From assembly GCA_965242625.1 (NCBI GenBank), contig CBDEST010000005.1:1211257-1275256 (forward strand): a stretch of DNA of 64,000 bases, written 5' to 3'. The DNA comes from Bryobacterales bacterium (GTDB lineage: Bacteria; Acidobacteriota; Terriglobia; Bryobacterales; UBA6623). Each line of letters opens with the position of its first letter. The first letter of the stretch is position 1. The notes under the pieces were generated by a model. That model saw only the letters and a program-made list of their open reading frames with translations, was not told where the DNA came from and searched no databases. The position numbers and the translations under genes were made by a program. Shown here piece by piece: positions 45,643 through 56,305 of this stretch.

Positions 45643-48600
45643 TCAGTGCAATTCGGCCGGACAACTGCGCCTGAAGTGCGGGCAGAGTCGGCAGTGAGCC
45701 CCGGTCTTGAGCGGGTAGTCCTGACTGCGTTGCGCGGCGAAGAACTCTTCCACCAATGCCTTGGTCCGTCCTAGGGCCGCCTCTCCGACGTCGACGTCGA
45801 CGGACTTGCCCGGACGCAGGTAGAACAGGACGGCCCGATCCACGGGATTGCCTGACTTGGCCAGCCCGGCAGCATAGAGCTGCAATTGGGGAGCGTAACT
45901 TGCAGCCGAGGATTGCATCCGTTTCTCGGGGACGCGATCCGTCTTGTAGTCGACCAAGATACTCTCGCCACCGTCCTCGAATAACAAGTCGATGGTGCCA
46001 TCCAGCAGATGCTCGCCGACAGTGAAGACGAATCTCATTTCCCGCTGGACGCTGCCAGCGCCGCCGGCGCGGCGACCGAGCCCGTGTTCGTGAAACTGTC
46101 TGGCAAGACGCCGCACGGCCGGTTGCGCGTCCGGGAGTTGCCCCGCTAGGTGCCGATGCACCTGTTCGCCGAATTCGGCGGCGGCGGGTTCGCCCCGGGC
46201 TCGCTTCGCGGGCACGCTTCGCCGGTCATCCGGCACGGGCCCGAGAACGCGGTCTAAGCCTAGGTACCTTGACAGGAAATACTTGCGCGGGCACTGGCCG
46301 AACAACGCTACGGAAGTCACGGCGGCCGAATAGTCTGCTTGGGCCGCAGGGGCGAGCGGTTTCAGCACCGTAGGTTCCGCGATCTCGACCTCGGTGCCGT
46401 CCTCGCCGGCGGGCGGATCTGCTTCCGCCGCGGTGTAGGCGAAGGGCAGGTCGCCGGCGCTACGGATCTCCGCTTCGCCGGTGCCAGCGTCTCGCGGATC
46501 GATTCCGAGCCGGTCGAACAGCAGCTTGCACCAGTTGCGCCTCTGCGGCGCCTTGGGGAACGACGCGCACAGCACCAAGTGCTCTTCGGCGCGTGTCAAG
46601 GCGACGTACAGCAGCCGATCGGATTCCTCGGACTCTCGCTGGCGGATCTCGGCGCGCGTCAACCGGTGGGAGCTATCCGGACACGGTTCGGCGCCGAACG
46701 GCTCCCGCCAGCGCGCTCCGATACCGTGCTTGTCGGAAAAGAGCAATCCCGGGGCCGCGCCGCGCACGTCGGCTTGCAGGCCCGCAACCACCACGACCGG
46801 AAACTCCAGACCCTTCGCAGCGTGCATCGTCAGGACTTCGACGATATCCTCGCGGCCGGATCGCTCGGGGGAACCCCGATCCGCTGGCGGGGACTCGATG
46901 GCGCGGTCCAAGAGGTCGGAAACGGCGTCCGCCCCGAACGCGCCCTGAGCCTCGCGATTCCCGATCCAGTCCAGCAAGCGGTCTAAATTCGCGACTGCTT
47001 GGGACCCGTCTTCGCAACGGGCCAGGAACGAGCGGTACCCGCACGCCGAGACAGCGCGAGCGAGCAATGACCGGGCGGAGATGATCGCGCGGTCGGCCCG
47101 GCAAAGCCGAATCAACTCGCGAAAGCGTTGCAGTCCGTCGCTAGCGTCCGCATCGAGACCGGCATCGGAAGGCACGGGCCCCGTCAGAAACGCGGTAAGA
47201 CTCCCTTGGCGATGCTTCAGCCAGAGCAGGGTTTCGTCGCCGACGCCGCAGAACGCCGACTTCAGAACGGCCGCCAAGCTGATCTCGTCGCGGGGATTCC
47301 GCAGGACACGCAGGAAAGCGGCGAGTTCGACGGTCTCCGGAGCGCGAAACAGGTTGCGTCCGCCCCCGGCTTGACTGGGCACTCCGCGCCGCCGCAGTTC
47401 CGCGGCCAGCCGAGCGGCCCGGTCGTGGGTGCGCACCAAGATCGCGATATCGCCCCATTGGAGCACCCGCCGCGCACCGGCTCCCGCGCTGCGGTCAGCC
47501 AGGCGCAAGGATGATTTCAGCGAACCCAAACGGTGCGCGATCCAAGCCGCCTCGCACTGCAGGGAGCGCTCGTCGGCTTGCGCGGCGATGACCACCTCGC
47601 AGCTCGGCTCGGCCTTTTCCGGAAAGCGATAAACGCTTTCCAGACGATGCGCTTCCACGCCGCTGGGGGAGCCCCCCGGGAGCAAGCGATGCACGCTGGC
47701 TAGCACTCCGGGGCGGCTCCGAAAATTCTCCGAGAGTCGAATCACCTCCCCCCCAGCGCACTCGACACGCTCTCGATAAGCGCGAAAGACATTGTGGTCG
47801 GCATGACGGAATCCGTAGATCGATTGGTTGATATCGCCGACTACGAAGGTCACCGGCCGCCGCTCGCCATGGGCGTCGAGCAAGCGCTCGACCAACCGCA
47901 CCTGCAACGGATTGGTGTCTTGGAACTCGTCGATCAGGACATGCTCGAATTCCAAGCGCGGCCCGGACGCGGCGTCCAGCAGGTCGCCGGCTCGCTGCAA
48001 GGCATCGTCGAAGTCCATGCCTCCGGCGGCACTCTTGGCGGCCCCGAATGTCTCCAACACGCGACGGATGGTCGCGCGCAGCCACTTGCGAGGGCGCAGG
48101 TTCGCGGCGGACACAGCCGCCGCCCGGCACTCGGGCAGCAGTTCGTCCTTGACTTGGGTGACCAAGGCCTTGGTCTTGCCCGCCTTGCGCAGCGGCTTGG
48201 TTTCCTCGGCCACCTCGTCGACGAACGCCGCCAAGGCCGCCGTGTCAGCCCTTCCCAGGTCCGCCGCCCGCCCGGCGAGCCGCGCTAGGTCGCCGTTCCC
48301 GGTGGCCGAGGCAAGCTCGCCCAGCGCATGCGACAGCCGCTTGAGGGGGGGCCCGGGATTCGTCAGGAAGGGATCCGCGCCATAGCTGCGAATGCGATGT
48401 ACCAACGCCGCGATGTCGTCTCGGAGCCCGGGCGCGTCGCCCCGCGACGGGAGCGCCGCGCCCGGTTCGTAGGACGACAGAAAGGCTTGGAACGCCTCCC
48501 CGGCTCGGTTGAACTCGCGGCCCAGCACCTGGTCGATGGCCCGATAGAGGAGTTCGTTCGCCGCGATCTCGTCCAGGATCTCGAATCCGGGATCGACGCC

Positions 48601-48915
48601 CGCTTCCAATGCGTGCTCCTTGAGCAGGCGGTTGCAAAACGCATCGATCGTCGAGATCTGGGCCGCGTGGAACTTGACGCGTTCCGCCTCGGATGCGGCG
48701 CTGTCGGCGACGAGGCGCGAACGCATCTCGTACGCGGCCTTCTCCGTGAAAGTGATGGCCAGAATCCGCTCGGGCGCGACCTCGCGATCCGTGATCAGCC
48801 AGCGGACGCGCTCGACGAGCACCCGGGTCTTGCCGGACCCTGGCCCGGCGACCACGCAAACGTCGCCTCGCTTCCAGCTCTGGACCGCCCGAGCTTGCTC
48901 CGCCGTCAGCTGCAC
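45643..48915 (-). CDS. addA: AddA/AdnB-like UvrD helicase-nuclease
   Basis: AGPGSGKT, ITFTEKAA, DEFQD, GDINQSIYGFR, MHAAKGLEF, LYVALTRA, and C-terminal IDLL...DYKT nuclease. Probable GTG start at 48915. Confidence 0.85.
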   Translation of the reverse strand: MQLTAEQARAVQSWKRGDVCVVAGPGSGKTRVLVERVRWLITDREVAPERILAITFTEKAAYEMRSRLVADSAASEAERVKFHAAQISTIDAFCNRLLKEHALEAGVDPGFEILDEIAANELLYRAIDQVLGREFNRAGEAFQAFLSSYEPGAALPSRGDAPGLRDDIAALVHRIRSYGADPFLTNPGPPLKRLSHALGELASATGNGDLARLAGRAADLGRADTAALAAFVDEVAEETKPLRKAGKTKALVTQVKDELLPECRAAAVSAANLRPRKWLRATIRRVLETFGAAKSAAGGMDFDDALQRAGDLLDAASGPRLEFEHVLIDEFQDTNPLQVRLVERLLDAHGERRPVTFVVGDINQSIYGFRHADHNVFRAYRERVECAGGEVIRLSENFRSRPGVLASVHRLLPGGSPSGVEAHRLESVYRFPEKAEPSCEVVIAAQADERSLQCEAAWIAHRLGSLKSSLRLADRSAGAGARRVLQWGDIAILVRTHDRAARLAAELRRRGVPSQAGGGRNLFRAPETVELAAFLRVLRNPRDEISLAAVLKSAFCGVGDETLLWLKHRQGSLTAFLTGPVPSDAGLDADASDGLQRFRELIRLCRADRAIISARSLLARAVSACGYRSFLARCEDGSQAVANLDRLLDWIGNREAQGAFGADAVSDLLDRAIESPPADRGSPERSGREDIVEVLTMHAAKGLEFPVVVVAGLQADVRGAAPGLLFSDKHGIGARWREPFGAEPCPDSSHRLTRAEIRQRESEESDRLLYVALTRAEEHLVLCASFPKAPQRRNWCKLLFDRLGIDPRDAGTGEAEIRSAGDLPFAYTAAEADPPAGEDGTEVEIAEPTVLKPLAPAAQADYSAAVTSVALFGQCPRKYFLSRYLGLDRVLGPVPDDRRSVPAKRARGEPAAAEFGEQVHRHLAGQLPDAQPAVRRLARQFHEHGLGRRAGGAGSVQREMRFVFTVGEHLLDGTIDLLFEDGGESILVDYKTDRVPEKRMQSSAASYAPQLQLYAAGLAKSGNPVDRAVLFYLRPGKSVDVDVGEAALGRTKALVEEFFAAQRSQDYPLKTGAHCRLCPHFRRSCPAELH

Positions 48916-51617
48916 GCTTCCGAACCTCCCGGATCGACTCGGTCGAGCTGGCCGGCCCACTGGATCCTGCACACGCTACGGAAGTCGCAGAATCGCTCGC
49001 AAAAGGCGGTGTCTTTCGGGTTCACGGCAACGGTGCCGCGCAGGACTCCGTCGGTTGCGGCCGCGGCTTCAACGCGAGCTTGGTCGACCAAGCCGTTCAA
49101 TTCGTCCGCGCCGATCGCAGTCAGGCCTCCCGTCCCGTCTCGGGCCAGCCCCGCGTGACTGGTCTCGCCTTTCATTCCGCACAGCGCCATGCCCGCCGGC
49201 TCGCAGTCCAGCTCTTGCGCCAGCGCCGCCAGGTACAGGGTGAGTTGCAGCTGGTCACCGGATTGGTGTTCCTTGAGCAGTGTCTTGACGCGCTCCGGAC
49301 GGGCGTACTTGTAATCCGTGACATAGCACCCGCGCTGGCTGTCGAGGTCGTACCGATCGATGCGGCAGCGCACGACCGGGACAGACCCCGATCCGTCGAC
49401 CCGGTATTCGCAGTCGCTTTCGAAGGACGCCTCCGCGCCTTCGAACAGCCTCTTGGCGGCATTCTGCTCGTCAGCGAATCGCTCGAGATCTGCACGGAGT
49501 GCCAAGCGCAGTTGCTCGGCCCGAAAGCTGGTGCCGAGATTGAGCTCCGCGAGACGCTCCCCGAACACGCTGTCGACGATCTCGCCCATGGCGCCGCGCT
49601 GGGCGTTCCACCGCGCCAGCGCTTCGTGGACGATAACGCCTATCTGAGCAGCGTCTAACCTCCGCTCGGGAAGCACGGGGCGCGGGCGCAAGCGAAGCGT
49701 GTGGCCCGCGAAGTACAGGTGCGGGCATTGGCGGAAGTTCTGGATGCCCGTCACCGAGAAGCTCTCGTTCCGCTTCGCCAGCGCGCCGAGCAGGTCCGGA
49801 GGCAAGCTTTCGGCTTGCCGCGCGGCGGAACCGGGGGCTGCATCGGCCAAGCGGGACCATCCTGCGGATCGCGCCTCCCCGGCATCAGCGAGATACGTCG
49901 AGCGCAACAGCGGCTTGCCCAAGGCATCTCCGCGCGGATAGCTGGACACGAGTCGCTCGGTCGCTCGGGTGGTCGCGATGCGGTACAGGAATTGCTCGTC
50001 TTCGACGCGCTCCGCGGAGGTTCGCACGCGGATCCCCCGGCTGCGCAGCTGCCTGCGATCCTCGTCGTCGAAGAGAACGTCCTCGGTGAAGTAGCGAGGG
50101 AACCAACCCTCGGCTAAGCCGCAAACGAAGACGACCGGGATCGACCACTGCCGGGCTTCCAGGATCGGCAGCACATGAACGACTTCGAAGCGCTGGTCCG
50201 GCACGGGGACGGTCGTCGATCGCATCACGTCCTCCAATGCCTCGACGAAGGATGCGAGCGAGATCCGATGACGGCCTTGGAATTCGGGAAGCCTAGTCAC
50301 TTCCTCCAATGCACCGGGGATCGCGGCGCGAGCCTGGATCGCGGCGCGCCACGCGCGCGTTCGCTCGAAGGACTCGCCGTCCACGGGCACTGGCATCGCC
50401 TGCAGTCGAGGGAGCAGGGACAGGCATTCGCGTTGCCAGCGCGGGGCTCCGAAGCGCTTCCGATGCCAGTCCGCGACCGGTCCGAGCGCCTGCAAGAAGA
50501 TCCTGGGACCGCCGAATTGCGCTGCCGCGTCCAGCAAGAATTCGTACCCGTCGCCCGGGAGCCGCTCGCGAGCCGCGAAATCGAAAGCGTCGCGCTCCGC
50601 GGCGAATCCGCTGGGAGTCAGCGGCGAAGCCAGCGCCGCCAGGGCCTGGTCGGCGGGGAACCGCCGGGCAATGATTCGCAACCACTGCAGGAAGTGCTTG
50701 GATACTCCGTGGTCAATCAGCCGACCGTGTTCCCAGACGCAGTAGGGAATCCGCAGACTGTCGAAGACTTCCCGGAGCACGGTTTCGTAGTGCTCCAGCG
50801 AGCGCACGACGATACCGTGTTCATGAAGCGGCCGGCCGCCCTCGAGGATGCTCCGGGCGATCTCGAGGATCTCCGCCCGCGGGGACGCGGCTTCCACGAC
50901 TTCGACTGTCGGGGCGGCTCCTGGACGCGGCGGCAGGATCTCCAGGCGGGTGCCCTCCAAGGGGTAGCGGGAGAGATCGTCAGGCATCGCGACCACGAGC
51001 TGCTCTGCTTGCTCCTGCAAGGCCTCGAGCAACTCTTCCTGCTGCCTCGTGAAATTGTCGAAGCCGGCTACGTAGATGTCTCTGACGCTTCCGAGCCCGC
51101 GCTCGCGGAGCAATGCGGCGGCCAGCGCGATGCGCTGATTTCGATGCACGTAGCCTAAGCCCGCAAGCGACTCCTCGTACTCTTGGAAGACCGCTTGGAA
51201 CGCGCGCTGACGGGCCCCGCGAACAGCCGGTTCGAGTTGCAGGTTGTCAGCGCCTGCGGACCAGAATTCCGCGATCAGCGCGGCGACGCGATTCCGCAAG
51301 CCGCCGGAGACCGAACGAGATCCGAAAGCGTCCGGCGCAACGCGGTCGATCGCGGCCCTCAACAGCCGGTCCGCAACCGCCGGGCTCGGTTCAACTGCGT
51401 CCGGAGTGACCTCGCGCACGAACTCCGTGAGCGTGGAAACCGTGGGCTCGGGCACCATCAGGCCCCGCCGCGCGAGCACGAAGTGCAGGTGCCGCTTCAT
51501 GCTCGCGGAAGGGACGAGGAGCTTGACCTCCTCGGGGCGCCCCGCGCGAATCGCAGCTTCGAGGCGGCCTAGGATGCGCCCTGTCTTGCCGCTGCCGGGT
51601 GGGCCGATGAGCAACAC
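48906..51617 (-). CDS. addB: AddB/RexB-like PD-(D/E)XK nuclease subunit
   Basis: N-terminal GPPGSGKT, degenerate helicase fold, QCP...RIDRYD...DYK...QLTLY...CERFCDFRSVC; overlaps the addA start. Confidence 0.83.
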   Translation of the reverse strand: MLLIGPPGSGKTGRILGRLEAAIRAGRPEEVKLLVPSASMKRHLHFVLARRGLMVPEPTVSTLTEFVREVTPDAVEPSPAVADRLLRAAIDRVAPDAFGSRSVSGGLRNRVAALIAEFWSAGADNLQLEPAVRGARQRAFQAVFQEYEESLAGLGYVHRNQRIALAAALLRERGLGSVRDIYVAGFDNFTRQQEELLEALQEQAEQLVVAMPDDLSRYPLEGTRLEILPPRPGAAPTVEVVEAASPRAEILEIARSILEGGRPLHEHGIVVRSLEHYETVLREVFDSLRIPYCVWEHGRLIDHGVSKHFLQWLRIIARRFPADQALAALASPLTPSGFAAERDAFDFAARERLPGDGYEFLLDAAAQFGGPRIFLQALGPVADWHRKRFGAPRWQRECLSLLPRLQAMPVPVDGESFERTRAWRAAIQARAAIPGALEEVTRLPEFQGRHRISLASFVEALEDVMRSTTVPVPDQRFEVVHVLPILEARQWSIPVVFVCGLAEGWFPRYFTEDVLFDDEDRRQLRSRGIRVRTSAERVEDEQFLYRIATTRATERLVSSYPRGDALGKPLLRSTYLADAGEARSAGWSRLADAAPGSAARQAESLPPDLLGALAKRNESFSVTGIQNFRQCPHLYFAGHTLRLRPRPVLPERRLDAAQIGVIVHEALARWNAQRGAMGEIVDSVFGERLAELNLGTSFRAEQLRLALRADLERFADEQNAAKRLFEGAEASFESDCEYRVDGSGSVPVVRCRIDRYDLDSQRGCYVTDYKYARPERVKTLLKEHQSGDQLQLTLYLAALAQELDCEPAGMALCGMKGETSHAGLARDGTGGLTAIGADELNGLVDQARVEAAAATDGVLRGTVAVNPKDTAFCERFCDFRSVCRIQWAGQLDRVDPGGSEACS

Positions 51618-51772
51618 GGCGGAGGTCTCGCTTGCGGCCGGAGGACAGCGCGCGTGACGCCCCGGTGCGCCATCCTATGGTCGCGCACCGAAGGGTCCGC
51701 ATCCGGCTGGCAACGCCACGCTATGGAACAATTGAGTGGAGGGCAAGCCGTCGCGACCGCGGCGCCGCTGCA

Positions 51773-52453
51773 ATGCTCGCCGACCTAGCCGCTCGCGCGT
51801 TGCGCAAGGAGTACCCGCACGCCGGGGGCTCGTCGGTCGTGCTGGACGAAGTCTCGCTCGATCTGTCGCGGGGCGAGGCGCTCGCGATCATGGGGCCTTC
51901 CGGGTCGGGCAAGAGCACCCTCCTGTACATCCTGGGATCGCTGGAGACGCCGACCAGCGGCAGCGTCCAAGTGTGCGGGGAGGATCCCTTCGCGCTGGCG
52001 GCGACGGATCTGGCGCGCTTCCGGAACCGCAACATCGGATTCGTCTTCCAAGACCACCACCTGCTTCCGCAATGCACGAGCTTGGAAAACGTGCTGATTC
52101 CCACCTTGGCGAGCGGAGGCGCCACGCCGGACGCCAAGCAGCGAGCTAGGGAATTGCTCGGGCGGGTCGGCTTGACAGAGCGCATGGATCGTCTCCCGGC
52201 CGAGCTCTCCGGGGGCGAGCGCCAGCGCGTGGCGATCGCCCGGGCCTTGGTCAACAGCCCGCCCGTGGTCTTGGCCGACGAGCCGACCGGGAACCTGGAC
52301 CGGCGCAGCGCCGAGACGGTGGGCAGCCTGCTGCTGGAACTCCAGCGCGAACAGAACGCCCTGCTGATCGCCGTGACGCACAGCGCGGACCTGGCGCGAC
52401 GCTTCCCGGCGCGCGCCGACTTGGTGGACGGTCGCCTGCAACGCTCGGACTGA
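51773..52453 (+). CDS. ABC transporter ATP-binding protein (LolD-like)
   Basis: [24 protein letters not shown] and [10 protein letters not shown]. Confidence 0.92.
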   Translation: MLADLAARALRKEYPHAGGSSVVLDEVSLDLSRGEALAIMGPSGSGKSTLLYILGSLETPTSGSVQVCGEDPFALAATDLARFRNRNIGFVFQDHHLLPQCTSLENVLIPTLASGGATPDAKQRARELLGRVGLTERMDRLPAELSGGERQRVAIARALVNSPPVVLADEPTGNLDRRSAETVGSLLLELQREQNALLIAVTHSADLARRFPARADLVDGRLQRSD

Positions 52454-52494
52454 GCGGACGGCCTAGCGGTCTCAGGGGCCGCAGGAGTTGATTG

Positions 52495-53748
52495 ATGGAA
52501 AACGCAAAGGTTCTCGGCCTCGTGCTCGCCGGAGGCAAGGGCACGCGGCTGTTCCCGCTGACCAAGGAGCGCAGCAAGCCCGCCGTGCCGTTCGCCGGGA
52601 AGTATCGCATCGTCGATTTCGTGCTGAGCAACTTCGTGAATTCCGGCATCTACTCGATATACGTCCTGACGCAGTTCAAGAGCCAGTCGCTGTTGCAGCA
52701 CATGCGCAACGCGTGGCAGTTCTCGGAGTTGCTGACGAGCCAGTTCATCCTGCCCGTCCCGGCGCAAATGCGCAAGGGCGATCACTGGTATCAAGGCACG
52801 TCCGACGCCATCCACCAGAACATTCACCTGATCGAGCTGTCGCAGCCCGAGACCGTGGCAGTCTTCGGCGCGGATCACATCTACTACATGGACATCCGGC
52901 AGATGATCGCCTACCACCAGCAAAAGGGTTCCAAGGGCACGGTGGCAGCGCTGCCCATCCCCGTTGCGGAAGCGGGTCGCTTCGGCACCCTGGAGATCGA
53001 CTCCGATTGGCGCATCCGGCGATTCCACGAGAAAATCCCTGATCCGCCGGAGATCCCCGGCCGGCCCGGCTGGTGCCTGGCTTCCATGGGGAATTACCTC
53101 TTCGAACGCGACGTGCTGGTCAGCGAATTGCGACGGGACGCGGCGCGCTCGGACAGTTCCCATGACTTCGGGCGCAACATGCTGCCGGAAATGGTCGACG
53201 AGTGGCCGATCTACGCGTACGACTACCTCTCCAACCGCGTGCCGGGCGAGCGAGCGGAGAACCACGGCTACTGGCGGGATGTCGGGACGATCGAGGCGTA
53301 CTACGACGCGAACATGGATCTGCGATCGTATCGACCCGCCCTGAATCTCTACAATCCCGACTGGCCGTTGCGCACGGCGGAGTACCCCGCCGAGCCGTCG
53401 CGGTACTGCACCGACGATCAAGGCCGCGCTGGGGAAGCTGTCAATTCCGTGGTCTCCGAAGGCTGCGTCCTGCACGGGGCGCGTGTGCGCGGCTCGGTCA
53501 TCGGGCGGAACGTGCATGTCGATCCCGGCGCCGTGGTGGAAGATTCGATCGTGCTGGCGCGCGGCCACATCGGGGCCGGCGCGAGAATCCGGCGGACCAT
53601 CGTCGACAAGAACGCGCATATCCCTGCCGGCGAGCGGGTGGGATTCGAAGAAGATCACGACCGGAGCCGCTATCACGTTTCGGAAACCGGCATCGTGGTC
53701 GTGGAGGGATCCAGAACGGCCATACCGATCACGCCGGTCGCCTTCTAG
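52495..53748 (+). CDS. glgC: Glucose-1-phosphate adenylyltransferase
   Basis: [33 protein letters not shown] and YWRDVGT. Confidence 0.95.
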   Translation: MENAKVLGLVLAGGKGTRLFPLTKERSKPAVPFAGKYRIVDFVLSNFVNSGIYSIYVLTQFKSQSLLQHMRNAWQFSELLTSQFILPVPAQMRKGDHWYQGTSDAIHQNIHLIELSQPETVAVFGADHIYYMDIRQMIAYHQQKGSKGTVAALPIPVAEAGRFGTLEIDSDWRIRRFHEKIPDPPEIPGRPGWCLASMGNYLFERDVLVSELRRDAARSDSSHDFGRNMLPEMVDEWPIYAYDYLSNRVPGERAENHGYWRDVGTIEAYYDANMDLRSYRPALNLYNPDWPLRTAEYPAEPSRYCTDDQGRAGEAVNSVVSEGCVLHGARVRGSVIGRNVHVDPGAVVEDSIVLARGHIGAGARIRRTIVDKNAHIPAGERVGFEEDHDRSRYHVSETGIVVVEGSRTAIPITPVAF

Positions 53749-53812
53749 TGCGGGAGGCCGGCTGCGCCGGTCCGACGCCGCGGGCCTTTGGTAATCTGAG
53801 ACTGTCACCTGC

Positions 53813-54649
53813 ATGGCGAGCAAGCGCGCATTCACGATCGCCCACAGCCCGGACGCCGACGACGCGTTCATGTTCTACGCCCTCGCCACGGGCAAGATCG
53901 AGTCGGACACCCTCGAGTTCCGGCATGTGCTGAAGGACATCCAGACCCTCAATCGGGACGCGCACGACGGCCGGTACGACATGACCGCGATTTCGTACCA
54001 TGCCTACCCGTACGTCGCCGACAAATACGTGCTGACGGCGGCGGGCTCCAGCGTGGGCAACGGGTACGGCCCGATCGTCGTTTCCGCGGCCGACATGGCG
54101 CCGGCCGCGCTCGCCGGGAAGCGCGTGGCCGTGCCGGGGCTGCTCACCACGGCGTATCTGGCGCTCAAGCTGTACGAGCCGGGAATCGAGCCGGTGGTGC
54201 GCGAGTTCGATCAAATTCTCGAGTCCGTGGCCAGCGGCGAAGTGGACGCGGGCGTGGTGATCCACGAGGGCCAGCTGACCTACTCCGCAGCGGGCTTGCG
54301 GAGCGTCGTGGATCTCGGCGTGTGGTGGAAGCAGACGCAGGGCCTGCCCCTTCCGCTGGGCTGCAACTGCGTCAGACGCGACCTACCGCTGGAGGTCCAG
54401 GAAGAGGCCCGGCGCAAGCTGTCCGCCACGATCCAGTATTCCCTGGATCACCGGGCCGCGGCGCTGGAGTACGCCTTGCAGTTTTCGCGCGGGTTGGAAA
54501 CCGGCCTGGCGGATCGCTTCGTGGGGATGTACGTGAACGAGCACACCGTCGACATGGCTGCAGAAGTGCTAGAGGCCGGCCAGCGACTTCTCGACATGGG
54601 ATTCGCAGCAGGCTTGATCCCGCGCAACGTGCAGCTGGAGTACGTGTAG
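53813..54649 (+). CDS. mqnD: 1,4-dihydroxy-6-naphthoate synthase (MqnD family, futalosine pathway)
   Basis: HSPDADDAFMFYAL, GYGP, IHEGQLTY, PLPLG and MYVN. Confidence 0.85.
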   Translation: MASKRAFTIAHSPDADDAFMFYALATGKIESDTLEFRHVLKDIQTLNRDAHDGRYDMTAISYHAYPYVADKYVLTAAGSSVGNGYGPIVVSAADMAPAALAGKRVAVPGLLTTAYLALKLYEPGIEPVVREFDQILESVASGEVDAGVVIHEGQLTYSAAGLRSVVDLGVWWKQTQGLPLPLGCNCVRRDLPLEVQEEARRKLSATIQYSLDHRAAALEYALQFSRGLETGLADRFVGMYVNEHTVDMAAEVLEAGQRLLDMGFAAGLIPRNVQLEYV

Positions 54650-54693
54650 CGCGGAGCGACCGTTGCGGCACCGGCCCGCAGGAAGAGGAAAGA

Positions 54694-55992
54694 ATGGGCG
54701 TTGGGCGACGAATTGGCGCATGCTTGCTGCTGATCGCGATCTCGGCAAGCGCTCAGGAGGAGTGGGAACTGGGCTTGGCAGACCCCGATCCCAAAGCGCG
54801 CATCAAGGCGGCACGCAATCTCAGCGATTCGCCCGACGGCTTCCGCAATTTCGAGCTGCTGGCCCCGTTGCTTCAGGACGAATCCGAGGATGTTCGCGCG
54901 GCGGCCGTGACGGCGTTGATCAAGCTGCGCCTGATCGATGCCCAGCCGCTGCTAGTCGATGCGACCGCCGACCTGTCGCCGCGGGTGCAGGCGCTCGCTG
55001 TCGACGGTTTGGTCGATTTCTTCGTACCGGAGTACGTGCAGTTCGGGAGGCTGGCTTCGATCAAAGGCTTCGCCGACGGGCTCAAGAGACGCTTCTCGAA
55101 ACCCACGCCATTGATCGTCCCGTCATACGTGTCGCCTAACCCCGAGGTGATCCTCGCGATCGGGGAGGTGGCGCGGACCGGACGCAGCAGCGACACGCGG
55201 GCGAACGCGGCGCGCGCGATCGGCATCCTGCGCGGTCACCAAGCGCTAGACGCCCTTCTGGAGGGCGTCCGCTCCAAGCAGTCCACGATCATCCGCGAAA
55301 GCGTCGTGGCCATGAAGAAGCTGGCGGATCCGTCGGTAGGCCCGGACATCGTGTTCCTGCTCCGGGATCCCGATCCGTCAGTGCGGGAGGCGGTGATCCA
55401 GACTGTGGGCCAGTTGCAAACCCAAGAGGCGGTGCCGACCTTGGCGCAGCTCGTCGAAGAAGACCAGCGACAGGATTTGCGTGCGGAAGCGCTCGTTGCA
55501 TTGGCCAAGATCCCGGAGAACGGCCAGCGCAGGCTGTTTCTCCGCCACTTGGCTAGCCGATCCAAGGGGTTTCGGGCGGCCGCGGCAGAGGGGCTGGGCC
55601 GACTCGGCGAAGGGGACGACCTCGAACTCGTCAAGAGCCACCTGTCGTCCGAGCAGAGCCTGCCCGTCAGACTCTCGCTGGCGTTCGCCGCGGTCACGAT
55701 GGGCGACCTCACCGCGATCGAGGTTCTCGTAGGAGGTCTCAATTCGACGGCGCACCGGATGGAGGCGCGACCGTTCCTCATCGAGACCTCCCGCAACCCG
55801 GAGGTGCTCGAGAGGCTCTACTTGCCGTTGCGATCAGGCAGCGCGCCGCAACGCAGGCACCTAGCCCATGTGGTTGCAGTTAGCGGAACCGAGGAGAGCG
55901 TCTTTCACCTGCAAGGCTTGACCCAAGACAGCAACGACGACGTGGCGGCCGCGGCGATCGAGGCCCTGCGAATCCTGCGTTCTCGCCTGTGA
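54694..55992 (+). CDS. Exported HEAT-repeat protein
   Basis: Signal peptide (ISASA-Q) and repeated L.D....VR..A..AL units; purine-rich RBS before ATG 54694. Confidence 0.85.
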   Translation: MGVGRRIGACLLLIAISASAQEEWELGLADPDPKARIKAARNLSDSPDGFRNFELLAPLLQDESEDVRAAAVTALIKLRLIDAQPLLVDATADLSPRVQALAVDGLVDFFVPEYVQFGRLASIKGFADGLKRRFSKPTPLIVPSYVSPNPEVILAIGEVARTGRSSDTRANAARAIGILRGHQALDALLEGVRSKQSTIIRESVVAMKKLADPSVGPDIVFLLRDPDPSVREAVIQTVGQLQTQEAVPTLAQLVEEDQRQDLRAEALVALAKIPENGQRRLFLRHLASRSKGFRAAAAEGLGRLGEGDDLELVKSHLSSEQSLPVRLSLAFAAVTMGDLTAIEVLVGGLNSTAHRMEARPFLIETSRNPEVLERLYLPLRSGSAPQRRHLAHVVAVSGTEESVFHLQGLTQDSNDDVAAAAIEALRILRSRL

Positions 55993-56098
55993 CTGGTGCG
56001 CTGGGCGCTCCCCATCTGGCGACGATGACGATCGATTGACGCGCGGCGGCCATCAGTCGCAAATCACGGCTCCGCGCCGTGCTAAGATCAAGGTGATC

Positions 56099-56305
56099 AT
56101 GGCGATTCCAAACGCGAAGAAGTTCTCGATCTATCATCCCGAGACGCACGAGCGCGCCACGATTGTGGCCGTGCTGCCCAAGGGGGCCAACGTGAGGGAG
56201 TATCTCGACGGGGCCACCAAGCGCTTCGACTGGAAGGCTTGGGCGGATCAGAAGGCCTCGCTCAAGAAAGTCCGCGTGGGCCAGCAGAAGCAGCGTAGGC
56301 GGTAG
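56099..56305 (+). CDS. Small basic hypothetical protein (68 aa)
   Basis: TAAGAT -10-like box, AAGGTGA RBS, GC3-rich codon usage; fills an otherwise empty gap. Confidence 0.65.
   Translation: MAIPNAKKFSIYHPETHERATIVAVLPKGANVREYLDGATKRFDWKAWADQKASLKKVRVGQQKQRRR

Noticed and set aside
45643-51617. Helicase plus nuclease pair as a novel anti-phage system or Cas4 locus
   Set aside because: Gene order, size and motifs fit housekeeping AddAB-type recombination, and there are no cas genes or array nearby.
51721-53871. Long antisense ORFs (716 aa here; also 5238-6950, 36027-37802, 43581-45590 and others)
   Set aside because: They are shadows of well-supported genes on the opposite strand, expected at high GC, and show no motifs.
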